Origin: the human T2T-CHM13v2.0 reference genome, Homo sapiens
Strand: one strand, 5' to 3'
Assembly: GCF_009914755.1 (NCBI RefSeq)
Contig: NC_060926.1
Length of the DNA: 64,000 nt
Shown piece after piece: positions 30,434 through 47,892 of the stretch (the first letter of the stretch is position 1; each line of letters begins with the position of its first letter). The notes under the pieces were generated by a model. The model was not told the DNA's origin. It saw only the letters and a list, made by a program, of their open reading frames with translations, and made no database searches. Both the position numbers and the translations under genes were made by a program.

Positions 30434-32221
30434 AAAAATCATACTTGCAAACTGGAATAAACCCCACTTGGTCATGATATAGTATTTTAAAAACGTGCTT
30501 TGGATTCCACATGCTAATACTTAAAAGTTTTTACACTGATACTCATTGAGTGAGAATGATCTGCAGTACAATAGGTTTTAAGGTTTTAGATCAATGTTGT
30601 ACTTTATAATATCAATTTTGACAATTTCCTCTTTTTTAATGTTCTAGTAAAGTTTAAGAACCACGGGTAATCTGATTTTTACAGGTTAGGTAGAATTTCA
30701 TCACTAAACTTTTTGAGCCAGGACTATTATTGTGGGGGGAGCACTTTAAGTTTCTTATTCTCTTCTAAGGTAATTTGTCATTTAGGACTTAATGTTAGTC
30801 TGGTAAACCGTAATTTTCTTAGAAATTATCCATCCAATGTGACTCTTCAAATATATTTGCATAGAGTTGTATGAAGTATTCTCTTATAATACTTAAAATT
30901 TTCTGTTTGGTAATTATTCATCATTTCTATTTTGTATATTTGTGCCTTTTCCCTTCCTCCAACAGCTGATTATTTTTGTGATTCATTTTTCAAGTGGCTA
31001 AATTTGGGATTTGTTAGTTCTGTTGTTTTTCTATTTTCTAGATTTAACTTCTATAAATTCTAGCATTAATTTCTGCTTTTTTAATTCAGTCCTTCCTTCT
31101 GCCTTTTTTTTTGAGGACTGCTCTATTTCACAGCTTTTAAGATTTTCTGATTTTCTTAAATTTCATTTTTATTGATATAAACATTAAGTACTATATATTT
31201 TACCCTAATAACTCAATCATTTTATATATATATAGGATTTTCTTTAGTTTTATTTTCAAGAAATTCTGCAGTTTAAGAATTATTCAATAGTTATTAAGAT
31301 GCCACATAGCAGGCCTTTTGATTGTATTTTGTTAATCATTTCTCATTTTATTGCTTTCACATCAGGGTGTATTTTTCTCTATTGTTTCTGTTCTTTGAAA
31401 TTGACTTATGATTGAAGTTTCATTTGTTGCCTAAGATATGGCCAACTTTTCCTGAATGTTCCCATCAGCACTTAAAAAAAGGCATATCCTCCATTATCAG
31501 AATTCAGAGTTTACTACAGATCTAAAAGATCTACCTCATTGATTATGTTGTTTAGATTTTCTATTTCCTCCATAATTTTTTTCCACGTGATTTTTCTTAA
31601 ATTGAGAGAGGTATGTTAAAGTTTCCTTTTATAGTGCAGTTCTTTCTATCTCTACTTGCAGCCCTGTAACTTCTGCTTAATGAAAGCTGTTGCTGTGTTA
31701 TTAGGAGATTCCATAAAGCGTTACATCTTCCTTGTGAATTGTAGTATTTAGCATTATGAAAGCCCTCCTTCTGTCTCTTTTTGATCTGAATTATATACCT
31801 TTCTCAGATACCAAGACTGCGCATCACATTACATTTGTCTGCATCTTTGTTTATCCTTTATTTTCAACCATTCTAAATCAATCTCTCATTCTTCCTCCTC
31901 CTCCTTCCTTCCCTTGTCTGTGTATCTATCTGTGTATCTTATATTCAGCCTAGTTTTAGATTTTGCTCTGTTACTAATCTGAACTTTTTATAAGTGAGTT
32001 CAGCCCATTTACATTCATTGATAAGATCTTTATATCGGGCCTCAAATTTGTCATATTGTTTCATTGTACACACGTACAGAGTCTGTGTTGTCTGCCTTAT
32101 TTGGGGTGCATATGTGTGTGTGTATAAACTTTTAATACTTAGTAAAGTTTGTATTTATTCCAATAGTTGCATTTATATCAGTTGCTTTATATAATACCCT
32201 TGGCACCTGTCTTTTTTATTA

Positions 32222-35345
<3,124 letters not shown>

Positions 35346-35504
35346 TTTTTCCTGTCATTTTTAGAGGAGTACTGTCTGTTGGTTCTCTACTATGAGCATT
35401 ACTCGAATTAGTAACCAATTTCCCCCTTTATCCTTTTTCTCTCCCAGTGTCAGATATGAAGTAATACACTTCTTGTTTCTAGCCAGCATCTGTAAGGCAG
35501 TCCT

Positions 35505-35760
35505 TTATTAATTTTATTTTTTTCATTTTCTTTGAGACACAGTCTCACTCTGTCATCCAGGCTGGAGTGCAGTGGCTCATGGCTCACTGCAGCCTTGACC
35601 TCCTGGACTCATGCAATTTTCCCACATCAGCCTCCTGAGAAGCTGGGAGTACAGGAGTGTGCCACCATGCCTGGCTAATTTTTGTACTTTTTATAGAGAT
35701 GGAGTTTTGCCATGTTGCGCAGGCTGGGCTCAAGTGATCCTCCTGTCTCAGCATCCCACT
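35505..35760 (-). mobile_element. AluJ, partially deleted
   Basis: J-type right arm and partial left arm. Confidence 0.82.
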
Positions 35761-35889
35761 TATTGTATTTTTATTCTACTCTTCTTATTCTCCCTATATT
35801 TTTATTTGTTTTGGGTTGTATCATTATCTCACTTTAACCATCATTTAGTTTTATTTTTAATTTACTTACAAGCTAATAGTTTTTCATTT

Positions 35890-36160
35890 ACTGTGGTAAA
35901 AAACCCATAAAAATGGTTAAGATAGTAACTTTTCTTAAGTGAATACTTCAGTAGTGTTGACTATACTCACATTGATGGGCAACAAATTGCTTGAACTTCT
36001 TTTTAATCTTGCAAAACTGAAACCCATTAAAAACTAATTCTCCTCCTCCCTTTTCTCCAGCTCTTGACAACCACCACTTTGTTTCTATGAGTTATGACCA
36101 CTTTAGTTACTTCATATGACTGGAATCATATAGTATTTACCCTTTTGTGACTGGCTTCAT
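35890..36160 (-). mobile_element. L1MB-type 3' UTR fragment
   Basis: Similar to 4520-4770 (cttgcaaaactgaaac, tttctatgag, tttgtgactggctt). Confidence 0.7.
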
Positions 36161-36290
36161 CAGTTAGTTTTAAATGTAGATGTATTTATTATGCATATCA
36201 CTAGTCCTTACATAGATGTCTCAAGTCATGTTGGCTGTTTGAATCTCATTATCCAATAGATTTCCTAGTAGTGGCTCATGGAAATAATAG

Positions 36291-36591
36291 TGATATGGTT
36301 TGACTGTGTGTCCTCACCCAAATCTCATGTCAAACTCATGACAGTGAGTTCTCACAAGATTTGGTTGTTTCTGTAGCACCTCCCCCTTCACTCTCTTTCT
36401 CCCTCTCCACCATGTGAAGAAGGAGCTTGCTTCCCCTTCACCCTACCACCCTGATTGTAAGTTTCCTGAGGCCTCCCCAGCCATGCCTCCTGTACAGCCT
36501 GCGGAACTATGAGTCAATTAAACCTCTTTCCTTAATAAATTACCCAGTCTCTGGTAGTTCTTTATAGCAATGTGAGAATGGACCTAATGCA
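36291..36591 (+). mobile_element. MSTA-like solo LTR, internally deleted
   Basis: tgatatgg...ctaatgca with a perfect 5-bp TSD aatag. Confidence 0.9.
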
Positions 36592-37852
36592 AATAGGTCG
36601 TTTTGGCTCACCTTTTTCTTGAGTATCTTAAATATATTTCTGTATTGCGTTCTGGCATAAAGTGTTGCTGACAAAAAGTGATCATAATCCATTTTCATTC
36701 ATTTATAAGAACTTGGTCTTTTCATCTGAATGCTCAGAGGATTTCATTAGAATATGTCTTGATGTCGACCAACTTGGGCTGGTGTTTCCAGGTCATGATG
36801 TGCTCTTTCATTACTACTATAAAGTTTTTTTCTATTTCAGGAAATTTTTCTTAAGAGTTTTTCAGGATTCTGCTGTATTGCGTTGGTTTTTCTTCTCTAG
36901 GAATTCTCATTTTATGTATGTTGGATCTTCTTTGCCTATCATCTTTCTCTAGCACTTTTTCTTGAGTCCATTTTCATTTATCTTTCATTTTTAAGTGTTT
37001 CCTCTTTTAAATTCTCTAGTTATCATAAGCAATTGTGTTTACTTAGTCTTGTGATCCTTCTAAGTTAATGTTCATTTCTAACATGATTTTTTTGTTTCTT
37101 ATTCTTTCATTCTCTAAAAAATCTTCTTTAATCACCTCTGAGTTTGTTATCCTTATTTACATTATTCTTTCATAACTTATATCACTGTATTTAAGATTAT
37201 TTTAAAATATTGGGGTCAATTCTCATCTATTTGTGGGCATGTCTTTCTAGAGTGCTTTCATTGTTGATAGGGAAATTATTATTCTTATTCTGTTTTTCAA
37301 ATGCTGCTTTGTATGAGATGTGATTGCAACCCTTTGTTCTTGTTCATTTTTATGGAAAACTGCCTTTTCTGTACCTTTAAGGGGGTGAGTGTGCCAAGAA
37401 AGCTTTCTTATCTGCATAGGTCTGGAGCTTCTGAGTTTGTTGTGTTCATCATATAGAGAAAAATATGGTCTTCTATTTTACCCCTTTAATTTCTACATTC
37501 TTTTTCCTTTTCCCCCATTGTGCCTGGTGTGCTCAATTTGGGCTCTACTCTGAACTGTTTCTCCTAAGTTTGGGGATTCATCTAGAAAGATTATTTTGAT
37601 TTGTTAGTCTTAAGCATTTATAGGATCCAGAATCTAGACCATCCCAGCACCTCCATACTTTCTACAGTTTTCTTGTATCCACAAATTGGAATCTACAGAA
37701 TCATCTCTATTTTCTGCTGCTGTTCTGAGAATGACTTCACAAAATCTTCCAATTAGTAGTTGAAGTTTTCATCTGTCTGGACCATTAGAAGTCCCCCTAC
37801 CTTCCGTGTGTTTCTCCCATGAAGCTGTTGTTGTTGTTATTTTTGTTTGTGT

Positions 37853-38562
37853 GAGACTCTGCTTTCATGGTCTGTATTTATACTGAAAATCAAGATCAAG
37901 TCAGCTTTTGCCCTTCTGCTCCATAGGAGGTTTATACCCTCCCTGAGCTTGCCTTGGAACACCTGCATTATTATTTCATAGGTATACCTGCACCCTCCCA
38001 CACTGCTTCCCCCCAGTTTAACTCCCCATTTGGCCCTGGCTCTGGCAAGGGTTGTATCTGGCTGGTGTGACTGGGTGCTTACAGCCAGAAGTAACAGCCC
38101 ATTAGGGCTTGCTTTCTACTCTCCCCATACTGGGCCAGTAAAAAACAAAAACAAAAACAGTAAGAGTAGTGATATATTTCACAGGCAGCCCAAAAGGCTG
38201 CCTCCATCCCACTCCTTCACAGGGGTGCCTCTAATTATTTTACTTTTTGTAACTGTAGAATTGCATAACACTTTATTCCATAAAATAGAATAAATGTTCT
38301 CCCTCACACTTATTGTTCACCTTTCATAGCTGTTTCTGCCATACTCATTCCCTTGGCTGAGGTTTCACTGGACAGTAGGTAGGAACAGTAGGAATCTTGG
38401 TCATCCATTCATGCGTGTCACTAATTAAATGACCAAGCTTTAGGGTTCCTTGAGAGACCTATAGTTGCTACTGCCACTTACCTGAGCCTCATTGAATTTT
38501 TTCATGTTGGCATTCAGAGGACTGCACAGAAATCACATTGCTTCAACACCCACTGTGGACCC
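37853..38562 (-). pseudogene. 28S (LSU) rRNA fragment retrocopy
   Basis: Reverse complement of conserved 28S blocks: ctgaaaatcaagatcaag.cagcttttgcccttctgctcc; catccattcatgcgtgtcactaatta; cattcagag.actg..cagaaatcacat. T-rich tail at 37827-37850 and putative TSD catgaag. Confidence 0.9.
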
Positions 38563-39540
38563 TCTAGACCTCATGAAGTTTTTAGTGGGTCCTGTAGCTG
38601 TTGGTGATTTATCCCTGTCCACTTATGTTTTGGGGTTTATAAGAATATGTTGTCACTAAAGCTTGTTGTAGATGCTGTCCATGGATATTGGTGTTCATTA
38701 TTGTAGTTGCTCTTTCTGTTAAGAGAGGTTCCAGGGGATTAAAATACTTCAATGACAGCATCTTTTTAGAATTATCTAGCAGCACAGATTTTAGTAAAAA
38801 CAAGGAATAATCCAAACACCCACTAATTGGATACTGATTAAATTGTAATATATTCATACAATTGAATAATATAGCTATAAAAAAGAGAAGGGGTCAGTCA
38901 ACGTATACTGACATATAGCGTTCCAAAATATTTTGTTAAATTTTTAAAAAGTCATTTTGCAAAACAGGAAGCATGATTATATTTTGTTAAAAATATGTGA
39001 AAGGGGAAAAGCTAGAAAATATGTACTGTGTTAAGATTCCTTTTCTGGTTGGTGGCATTATACAGATCTCTTATTTTCTAAATGTTTGAGTTTTATGTAA
39101 TGTGAATGTATTAACTTGTCATTAGAAAGAAGAGTACATTTTGAAAACAATGGCTATGCTATAAAATTAAGATAAAATTAATATACATATAAAATTATAA
39201 ATGTTATATATTTACAGAATATACATATGTAATTGCAAACCTAATATAGGCTGTTAGGTTTCTAACAGTTAACATTATTTGCCTCTGAAGAGAAGACTGG
39301 ATGACTACAGAACAAGTTTGGCAGTAGACCCTTTAACTAGAAACCTTTGGAATTCTGAGCCATGTGTGTATTTATTATTCAAAAAATTAAATGTAATTTA
39401 AAATTGAAAGTTTCACAGATTAAAACTTCTTTGGTGTAATTAATTTACACAAATTAAAATTTTTTAAATTAAAATTTGTGTAAATTAACTTTACACACAT
39501 TTAAAACTCATTTAAAATAGTTAATGTAGGGGGAAGTTCC

Positions 39541-39550
39541 AAGATGGCGG
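39541..39550 (+). promoter_or_regulatory. YY1 motif of the L1 sense promoter
   Basis: AAGATGGCGG at the canonical position just inside the L1 5' end. Confidence 0.7.
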
Positions 39551-39798
39551 GATAGGAACAGCTCCAGTCTACATTTCCCACCGTGAGTGATGCAGAAGAC
39601 AGGTGATTTCTGCATTTCCAACTGAGGTACTGGGTTCATCTCACTGGGGCTTGTCAGACAGTGGGTGCAGGACAGTGGGTGCAGCCCATGGACTGTGAGC
39701 CGAGGAAGGGCAAGGCATTGCCTCACCCAGGAAGTGCAAGGGGTCAGGGAATTCCCTTTCCCAGCCAAGGGAAGCCATGACAGACGGCACCTGGAAAA

Positions 39799-39981
39799 TC
39801 AGATCACTCCCACCCTAATACTGCGCTTTTCCAATGGTCTTAGCAAATGGCACACCAGGAGATTATATTCCATGCCTGGATTGGCAGGTCCCATGCCCAC
39901 GGAGCCTTGCTCACTGCTAGCACAGCAGTCTGAGATCAAACTGCAAGGGGGCAGCAAGGCTGGGGGAGGGACACCCGCCAT
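39799..39981 (-). other. L1 ORF0 homologue (antisense ORF of the 5' UTR), 60 aa, prematurely stopped
   Basis: MAGVPPPALLPPCSLISDCCAS...EKRSIRVGVI* matches the recalled ORF0 sequence (MAGAPPPASLPPCSLISDCCAS...). Confidence 0.75.
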
Positions 39982-42900
39982 TGCTGAGGCTTGACTAGGT
40001 AAACAAAGCAGCCAGGAAGCTCGAAATGGGTGGAGCCCACTGCAGCTCAAGGAGGCCTGCCTGCCTCTGTAGACTCTGCTTCTGGGGGGCAGGGCATAGC
40101 TGAACAAAAGGCAGCAGAAACTTCTGCAGACTTAAACGTCCCTGTCAGACAGCCTTGAAGAGAGTAGTGGTTCTCCCAGCATGGAGTTTGAGATCTGAGA
40201 ATGGACAGACTGCCTCCTCAAGTGGGTCCCTGACCCCCGAGTAGCCTAACTGGGAGGCATCGCTGAGTAGGGGCTGACTGACACCTCATACAGCCGGCCA
40301 GGTGCCCCTCTGAGACGAAGCTTCCAGAGGAAGGATCAGGCAGCAACATTTGCCATTCTGCAATATTTATGGCTCTGCAGCCTCCGCTGGTGATACCCAG
40401 GCAAACAGGGTCTGGAGTGGACCTCCAGCAAACTCCGACAGACCTGCAGATGAGGGTCCTGACTTTTAGAAGGAAAACTAACAAACAGAAAGGACATCCA
40501 CACCAAAACCCCATTTGTACGTCAACATCATCAAATACCAAAGGTAGATAAAACCACAAAGATAGGGAGAAACCAGAGCAGAAAAGCTGAAAATTCTAAA
40601 AATCAGAGTGCCTCTTCTCCTCCAAAGGAACACAGCTCCTTGCCAGCAACAGAACAAAGCTGGATGGAGAATGACTTTGACGAGTTGAGAGAAGAAGGCT
40701 TCAGAAAATCGGTAATAACAAACTTCTCTGAGCTAAAGGAGGAAGTTTGAACCCATCGCAAAGAAGCTAAAAACCTTGAAAAAATACTGGACGAATGGCT
40801 AACTAGAATCAACAGTGTAGAGAAGACCTTAGATGACCTGATGGAGCTGAAAACCATGGCACGAGAACTATGTGATGCGTGCACAAGCTTCAGTAGCCAA
40901 TTCGATCAAGTGGAATAAAGGGTATCAGTGATTGAAGATCAAATGAATGAAATGGAGCGAGAAGAGAAGTTCAGAGAAAAAAGAGTAAAAAGAAATGAAC
41001 AAAGCCTCCAAGAAATATGGGGACTATGTGAAAAGACCAAATCTACGTCTGATTGGTGTATCTGAAAGTGACAGGGAGAATGGAACCAACTTGGAAAACA
41101 CTCTTGAGGATATTATCAAAGAGAACTTCTCCAGCTAGCAAGGCAGGCCAACATTCAAATTAAGGAAATACAGAGAACGCCACAGATACTCCTCGAGAAG
41201 AGCAACTCCAGGACACAAAATTGTCAGATTCACCGAAGTTGAAATGAAGGAAAAAATGTTAAGGGCAACCAGAGAGAAATGTTGGGTTACCCACAAAGGG
41301 AAGCCCATCAGACTAACAGCAGATCTCTTCACAGAAACTCTACAAGCCAGAAGAGAGTGGGGGCCAATATTCAACATTCTTAAAGAAAAGAATTTTCAAC
41401 CCAGAATTTCATATCCAGCCGAAATAAGCTTCATAAGTGCAGGAGAAATAAAATCCTTTACAGACAAGCAAATGCTGAGAGATTTTGTCACCACCAGGCC
41501 TGCCTTACAAGAGCTCCTGAAGGAAGCACTAAACATGGAAAGGAAGAAATGGTACCAGCCACTGCAAAAACATGCCAAATTGTAAAGACCATCGATGCTA
41601 GGAAGAAACTGCATCAACTAACGAGCAAAATAACCAGCTAACATCATAATGACAGGAACAAATTCACACATAACAATATTAACCTTACATGTAAATGGAC
41701 TAAATGCCCCAATTAAAAGACACAGACTGGCAAATTGGATAAAGAGTCAAGACCCATCAATGTGCTGTATTCAGGAGACCCATTTCACGTTCAGAGACAC
41801 ACATAGCCTGAAAATAAAGGGATGGAGGAAGATCTACCACAAAAATGGAAAACAAAAAAAAAAAAAGCAGGGGTTGCAATCCTAGTCTCTGATAAAACAG
41901 ACTTTAAACCAACAAAGATCAAAAGAGACAAAGAAGGCAATTATATAATGGTAAAGAGATCAATTCAACAAGAAGAGCTAACTATCCTAAATATATATGC
42001 ACCCAGTACAGGAGCACCCAGATTCATAAAGCAAGTCCTTAGAGACCTACAAAGAGACTTAGACTCCCACACAATAATAATGGGAGACTCAGACACCCCA
42101 CTGTCAACATTAGACAGATCCATGAGACAGAAAGTTAACAAAATTATCCAGGAATTGAACTCAATTCTGCACCAAGTGGACCTAATAGACAGCTACAGAA
42201 CTCTTCACCCCAAAGCAACAGAATATACATTCTTCTCAGCACCACATCGCACTTTTTCCAAAATTGACCACATAGTTGGAAGTAAAGCACTCCTCAGCAA
42301 ATGTAAAAGAACAGAAATTATAACAAACTGTCTCTCAGACCACAGGGCAATCAAACTAGAACTCAGGATTAAGAAACTCACTCAAAACCGCTCAACTACA
42401 TGGAAACTGAACAACCTTCTCCTGAATGACTACTGGGTATATAATGAAATGAAGGCAGAAATAAAGACGTTCTTTGAAACCAATGAGAACAAACACACAA
42501 CATACCAGAATCTCTGGGACACATTTAAAGCAGTGTGGAGAGGGAAACTTATAGCACTAAATGCCCACAAGAGAAAGCAGGAAAGATCTAAAATTGACAC
42601 CCTAACATCACAATTAAACGAACTAGAGAAGCAAGAGCAAACACATTCAAAAGCGAGCACAAGGCAAGAAATAACTAAGAACAGAACAGAACTGAAGGAG
42701 ACAGAGAACCAAAAAACCCTTCAAAAAATCAATGAATCCAGGAGCTGGGTTTTTGAAAGGATCAACAAAATTGATAGACTGCTAGCAAGACTAATAAAGA
42801 AGAAAAGACGAAGAATTAAATAGACACAACAAAAATGATAAAGGGGATATCAACACCGATCCCACAGAGATACAAACTACCCTCAGAGAATACTATGAAC

Positions 42901-44301
42901 ACCTCTACACAAATAAACTGGAAAATCTAGAAGAAATGGATAAATTCCTGTACACATACACCCTCCCAAGAATACACCAGGAGGAAGTTGAATCCCTGAA
43001 TAGACCAATAACAGGCTCTGAAATTGAGGCAATAATTAATAGCCTACCAACCAAAAGAACTCCAGGACCAGATGGATTCACAGCCGAATTCTACCTGAGG
43101 TACAAAGAGGAGCTGGTACCATGCCTTCTGAAACTGTTCCAGTCAATAGAAAAAGAGGAAATCCTCCCTAACTGATTTTGTGAGGCCAGCATCATCCTGA
43201 TACCAAAGCCTGGCAGAGACACAACAAAAAAAGAGAATTTTAGACCAATATCCATGATGAACATTGATGCAAAAATCCTCAATAAAATACAGGCAAACCG
43301 AATCCAGCCGCACATCAAAAAGCTTATCCACCATGATCAAGTGGGCTTCATCCCTGGGATGCAAGGCTGGTTCATTATATGCAAATCAATAAACATAATC
43401 CATTAGATAAACAGAACCAAAGACAAAAACCACATGATTATCTCAATAGATGTAGAAAAGGCCTTCGACAAAATTCAACAGTGCTTCACGCTAAAAACTC
43501 TCAATAAACTAGGTATTCATGGGATGTATCTCAAAATAATAAGAGCTATTTATGACAAACCCGCAGCCAGTATCATACTGAATGGGCAAAAACTGGAAGC
43601 ATTCCCTTTGAAAACTGGCACAAGACAGAGATGCCCTCTCTCACCACTCCTATTCAACATAGTGTTGGAAGTACTGGCCAGGGCAGTCAGGCAAAAGAAG
43701 GAAATAAAGGGTATTCAATTAGTAAAAGAGGAAGTCAAGTTGTCCCTGTTTGCAGATGACATGATTGTATATTTAGAAAACCCCATCATCTCAGCCGAAT
43801 ATCTCCTTAAGCTGATATGCAACATCAGCAAAGTCTCAGGATACAAAATCAATGTGCAAAAATCACAAGCATTCCTGTACACCAATAACAGACAAACAGA
43901 GAGCCAAATCATGAGGGAACTCCCATTCACAATTGCTTCAAAGAGAATAAAATACCTAGGAATCCAACTTACAAGGGATGGGAAGGACCACTTCAAGGAG
44001 AATTACAAACCACTGCTCAACAAAATAAAAGAGGACACAAACAAATGGAAGAACATTCCATGCTCACGGATAGGAAGAATCAATATCATGAAAATGGCCA
44101 TACTGCCCAAGGTAATCTATAGATTCAAGGCCATCCCCATCAAGCTACCAATGACTTTCCTCACAGAATTGGAAAAAACTACTTTAAAGTTCACGTGGAA
44201 CCAAAAAAGAGCCCGCATTGCCAAGACAATCCTAAGCAAAAAGAACAAAGCTGGAGGCATCATGCTACCTGACTTCAAACTACACTACAAGGCTACAGTA
44301 A

Positions 44302-44628
<327 letters not shown>

Positions 44629-46142
44629 TAAAGACTTAAATGTTAGACCTAAAACCATAAAAACCCTAGAAGAAAACCTAGGCAGTACCATTCAGGACAT
44701 AGGCATGGGCAAGGACTTCATGTCTAAAACACCAAAAGCAATGGCAACTAAAGCCAAAATTGACAAATGGGATCTAATTAAACTAAAGAGCTTCTGCACA
44801 GCAAAAGAAACTACCATCAGGGTGAACAGGCAACCTACAGAATGGGAGAAAATTTTTGCAATCTACTCATCTGACAAAGGGCTAATATCCAGAATCTACA
44901 AAGAACTCAAATAAATTTACAAGAAAAAAACAACCCCATCCAAAAGTGGGCAAAGGATATGAACAGACATTTCTCAAAAGAAGACATTTATGCAGCCAAA
45001 AGACACATGAAAAAATGCTCGTCATCACTGGCCATCAGAGAAATGCAAATCAAAACCACAATGAGATACCATCTCACACCAGTTAGAATGGCGATCATTA
45101 AAAAGTCAGGAAACAACATGTGCTGGAGAGGATGTGGAGAAATAGGAACACTTTTACACTGTTGGTGGGACTGTAAACTAGTTCAACCATCGTGGAAGTC
45201 AGTGTGGCGATTCCTCAAGGATCTAGAACTGGAAATACGATTTGACCCAGCCATCCTATCACTGGGCATATACCCAAAGGATTATAAATCATGCTGCTAT
45301 AAAGACACATGCACACGTATGTTTATTGCAACACTATTCACAATAGCAAAGACTTGGAACCAACCCAAATGTCCAACAATGATAGACTGGATTAAGAAAA
45401 TGTGGCACATATACACCATAGAATACTATGCAGCCATAAAAAAGGATGAGTTCATGTCCATTCTAGGGACATGGATGAAGCTGGAAACCATCATTCTAAG
45501 CAAACTATCACAAGGATAGAAAACCAAACACCGCATGTGTTCTCACTTATAGGTGGGAATTGAAGAATGAGAACACTTGGACACAGGATGGGGAACACCA
45601 CACACCAGGGCCTGTCGTGGTATTGGGGGAGGGGAGAGGGATAGCATTAGGAGACATACCTAATGTAAATGATGAGTTAATGGGTGCAGCACACCAACAT
45701 GGCACATGATACATATGTAACAAATCTGCACATTGGGTACATGTACCCTAGAACTTACTTAAAGTTTAATAAAAAAAAAACTAAAAAAAAATAAATAAAA
45801 TAGTTAATGTAGAACATGGCCAAACTTAATTTTTTTCCTAAAAATTTATTAGCTTAGGAAATTTTTTAATGAAGTAAATGGAACAAAAGGTTTTATACTG
45901 AAAACTGATGTTTTCTACTAAGGACTACTATAATGAAAATGTGGTCTAAAGACACTGAATTGGGTTCACCTGAAAGAAATATTTTAAATGGCATTACTTC
46001 CAATAATTATTCTGGCAATTGGTAGGATTCTTGAACCTATCAAATACTTTAAACAAAATTTAAAAAAATACCTCAGTGATACGTTTTTCCTTTGAAGCAT
46101 AGGTACAGTCTATAAATCAAGAACCAAAACAATCTGTTAGAA

Positions 46143-46466
46143 CAGGGTTCACCAAACTAAGTTCAGACAAAATCCAGGCTGATGCCTGTTAGTCTTTAAC
46201 TTTTGAGGTAAGAATGGTTTTTACTTTTTAATGGTTGGAAAAACATCAAAAGAATTTTCTGAGATCTGTCAATGTTATATAGAATTTATATTTATGTCCA
46301 TAAATTCAGTTTTATTGAACTCAGCCTTGATTATTCATTTATCTATCATCTATGGCTGCTTTTGGACTACAAGGGCAGAGTCAAGTAGTTGTGACAGAAA
46401 CTGTGTGGCCCACAAAACCTAAAATACTATCTGGCCCTTTACAGAAAAATAAATTGCCTACCTCTG
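46143..46466 (-). mobile_element. MER58B-like hAT MITE
   Basis: Same layout as 20757-21084. Confidence 0.75.
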
Positions 46467-47510
46467 CTTTAAAATATTTCATTAATCTGGAAAAGCTGGG
46501 TGTATTAGTATCATGAGTTTTAAATCCTTGACCTTAGTATTATTTAGGTTCTAACAGAGTGATCAAAGAAATAATTGGTTTGATCCTCAGTTAGGAAAAT
46601 TTTTCATTTTCATTCATGATTTAGGTACATTCTTGAGACCAACAAATAAAGTATTTGAAATAGCTTTCTTTCTCCTGAACTAAAACTTTACCTCTCAGCT
46701 GTCATCTTAGAGTAAAAGGGAAGACTAACATATCATTTTGTGCTGAGCCACATAATTAATGGACCAGTGCACACATTGATGGGTTTAGATGAAAAGCGAC
46801 TGAAATTTGAACTATTAGCTTTCTCTTTCTTGTTACTTCAAAACTAGTTTGGGCTTTAAACATCGACTTACAGGTGTTTATCTTTTCTTAGTTGTCAGAT
46901 AAATGGGGTTCCTGAGACATCATTTTGCAGTTTGGTCCACCTCAAAAAGAAAAACCCAAGAATCCCACAATTGAACTCCTTGATAAAGATTAGGCTATTT
47001 AAGGTTGTCCCCTTAAGGTTGCCTCTGTGGAGATATCCTTCAGAAATGAAAAATTTGAAGTATCATTATTGAGTACTAATTTACTGAGCAGTTATACAGA
47101 ATGCTCTTTACCTTAAAATTTGAGTACTAATGAGAATTCAATTTGATAATTTATGGTAAATGGATTAAAACCTTTAATACTTATCTAAAAGCTATACATT
47201 TGAATTACTACCCTTATTGAAATTTAGACCACAAAAATTATTTTGTTTTAAGTAAAGTTTCTGGTCAGTGAAGGAGGGGATTATGGGGCATTTTTATTGA
47301 ATATATTATGCTTTCCTGTACTGTATGAATTTTACAAATGAATATATATTACTTTTATTAGAAATATGATAGCGTTATCTTATATTCAGGAAGGGATATT
47401 AGCACTATTAATAAAAGTCAAACTAATATTTGTTTTCATGCCTTATTTCAGTTCAGAACTGTACAGTTGTAAGAAAAGTATGATGGGAACATATATGTGT
47501 TTCTGTTTAA

Positions 47511-47892
<382 letters not shown>

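Noticed and set aside
38435-38465. Functional I-PpoI/R2 target site or functional rRNA gene
   Set aside because: The site is degenerate and the 28S copy is partial, heavily mutated and interrupted.
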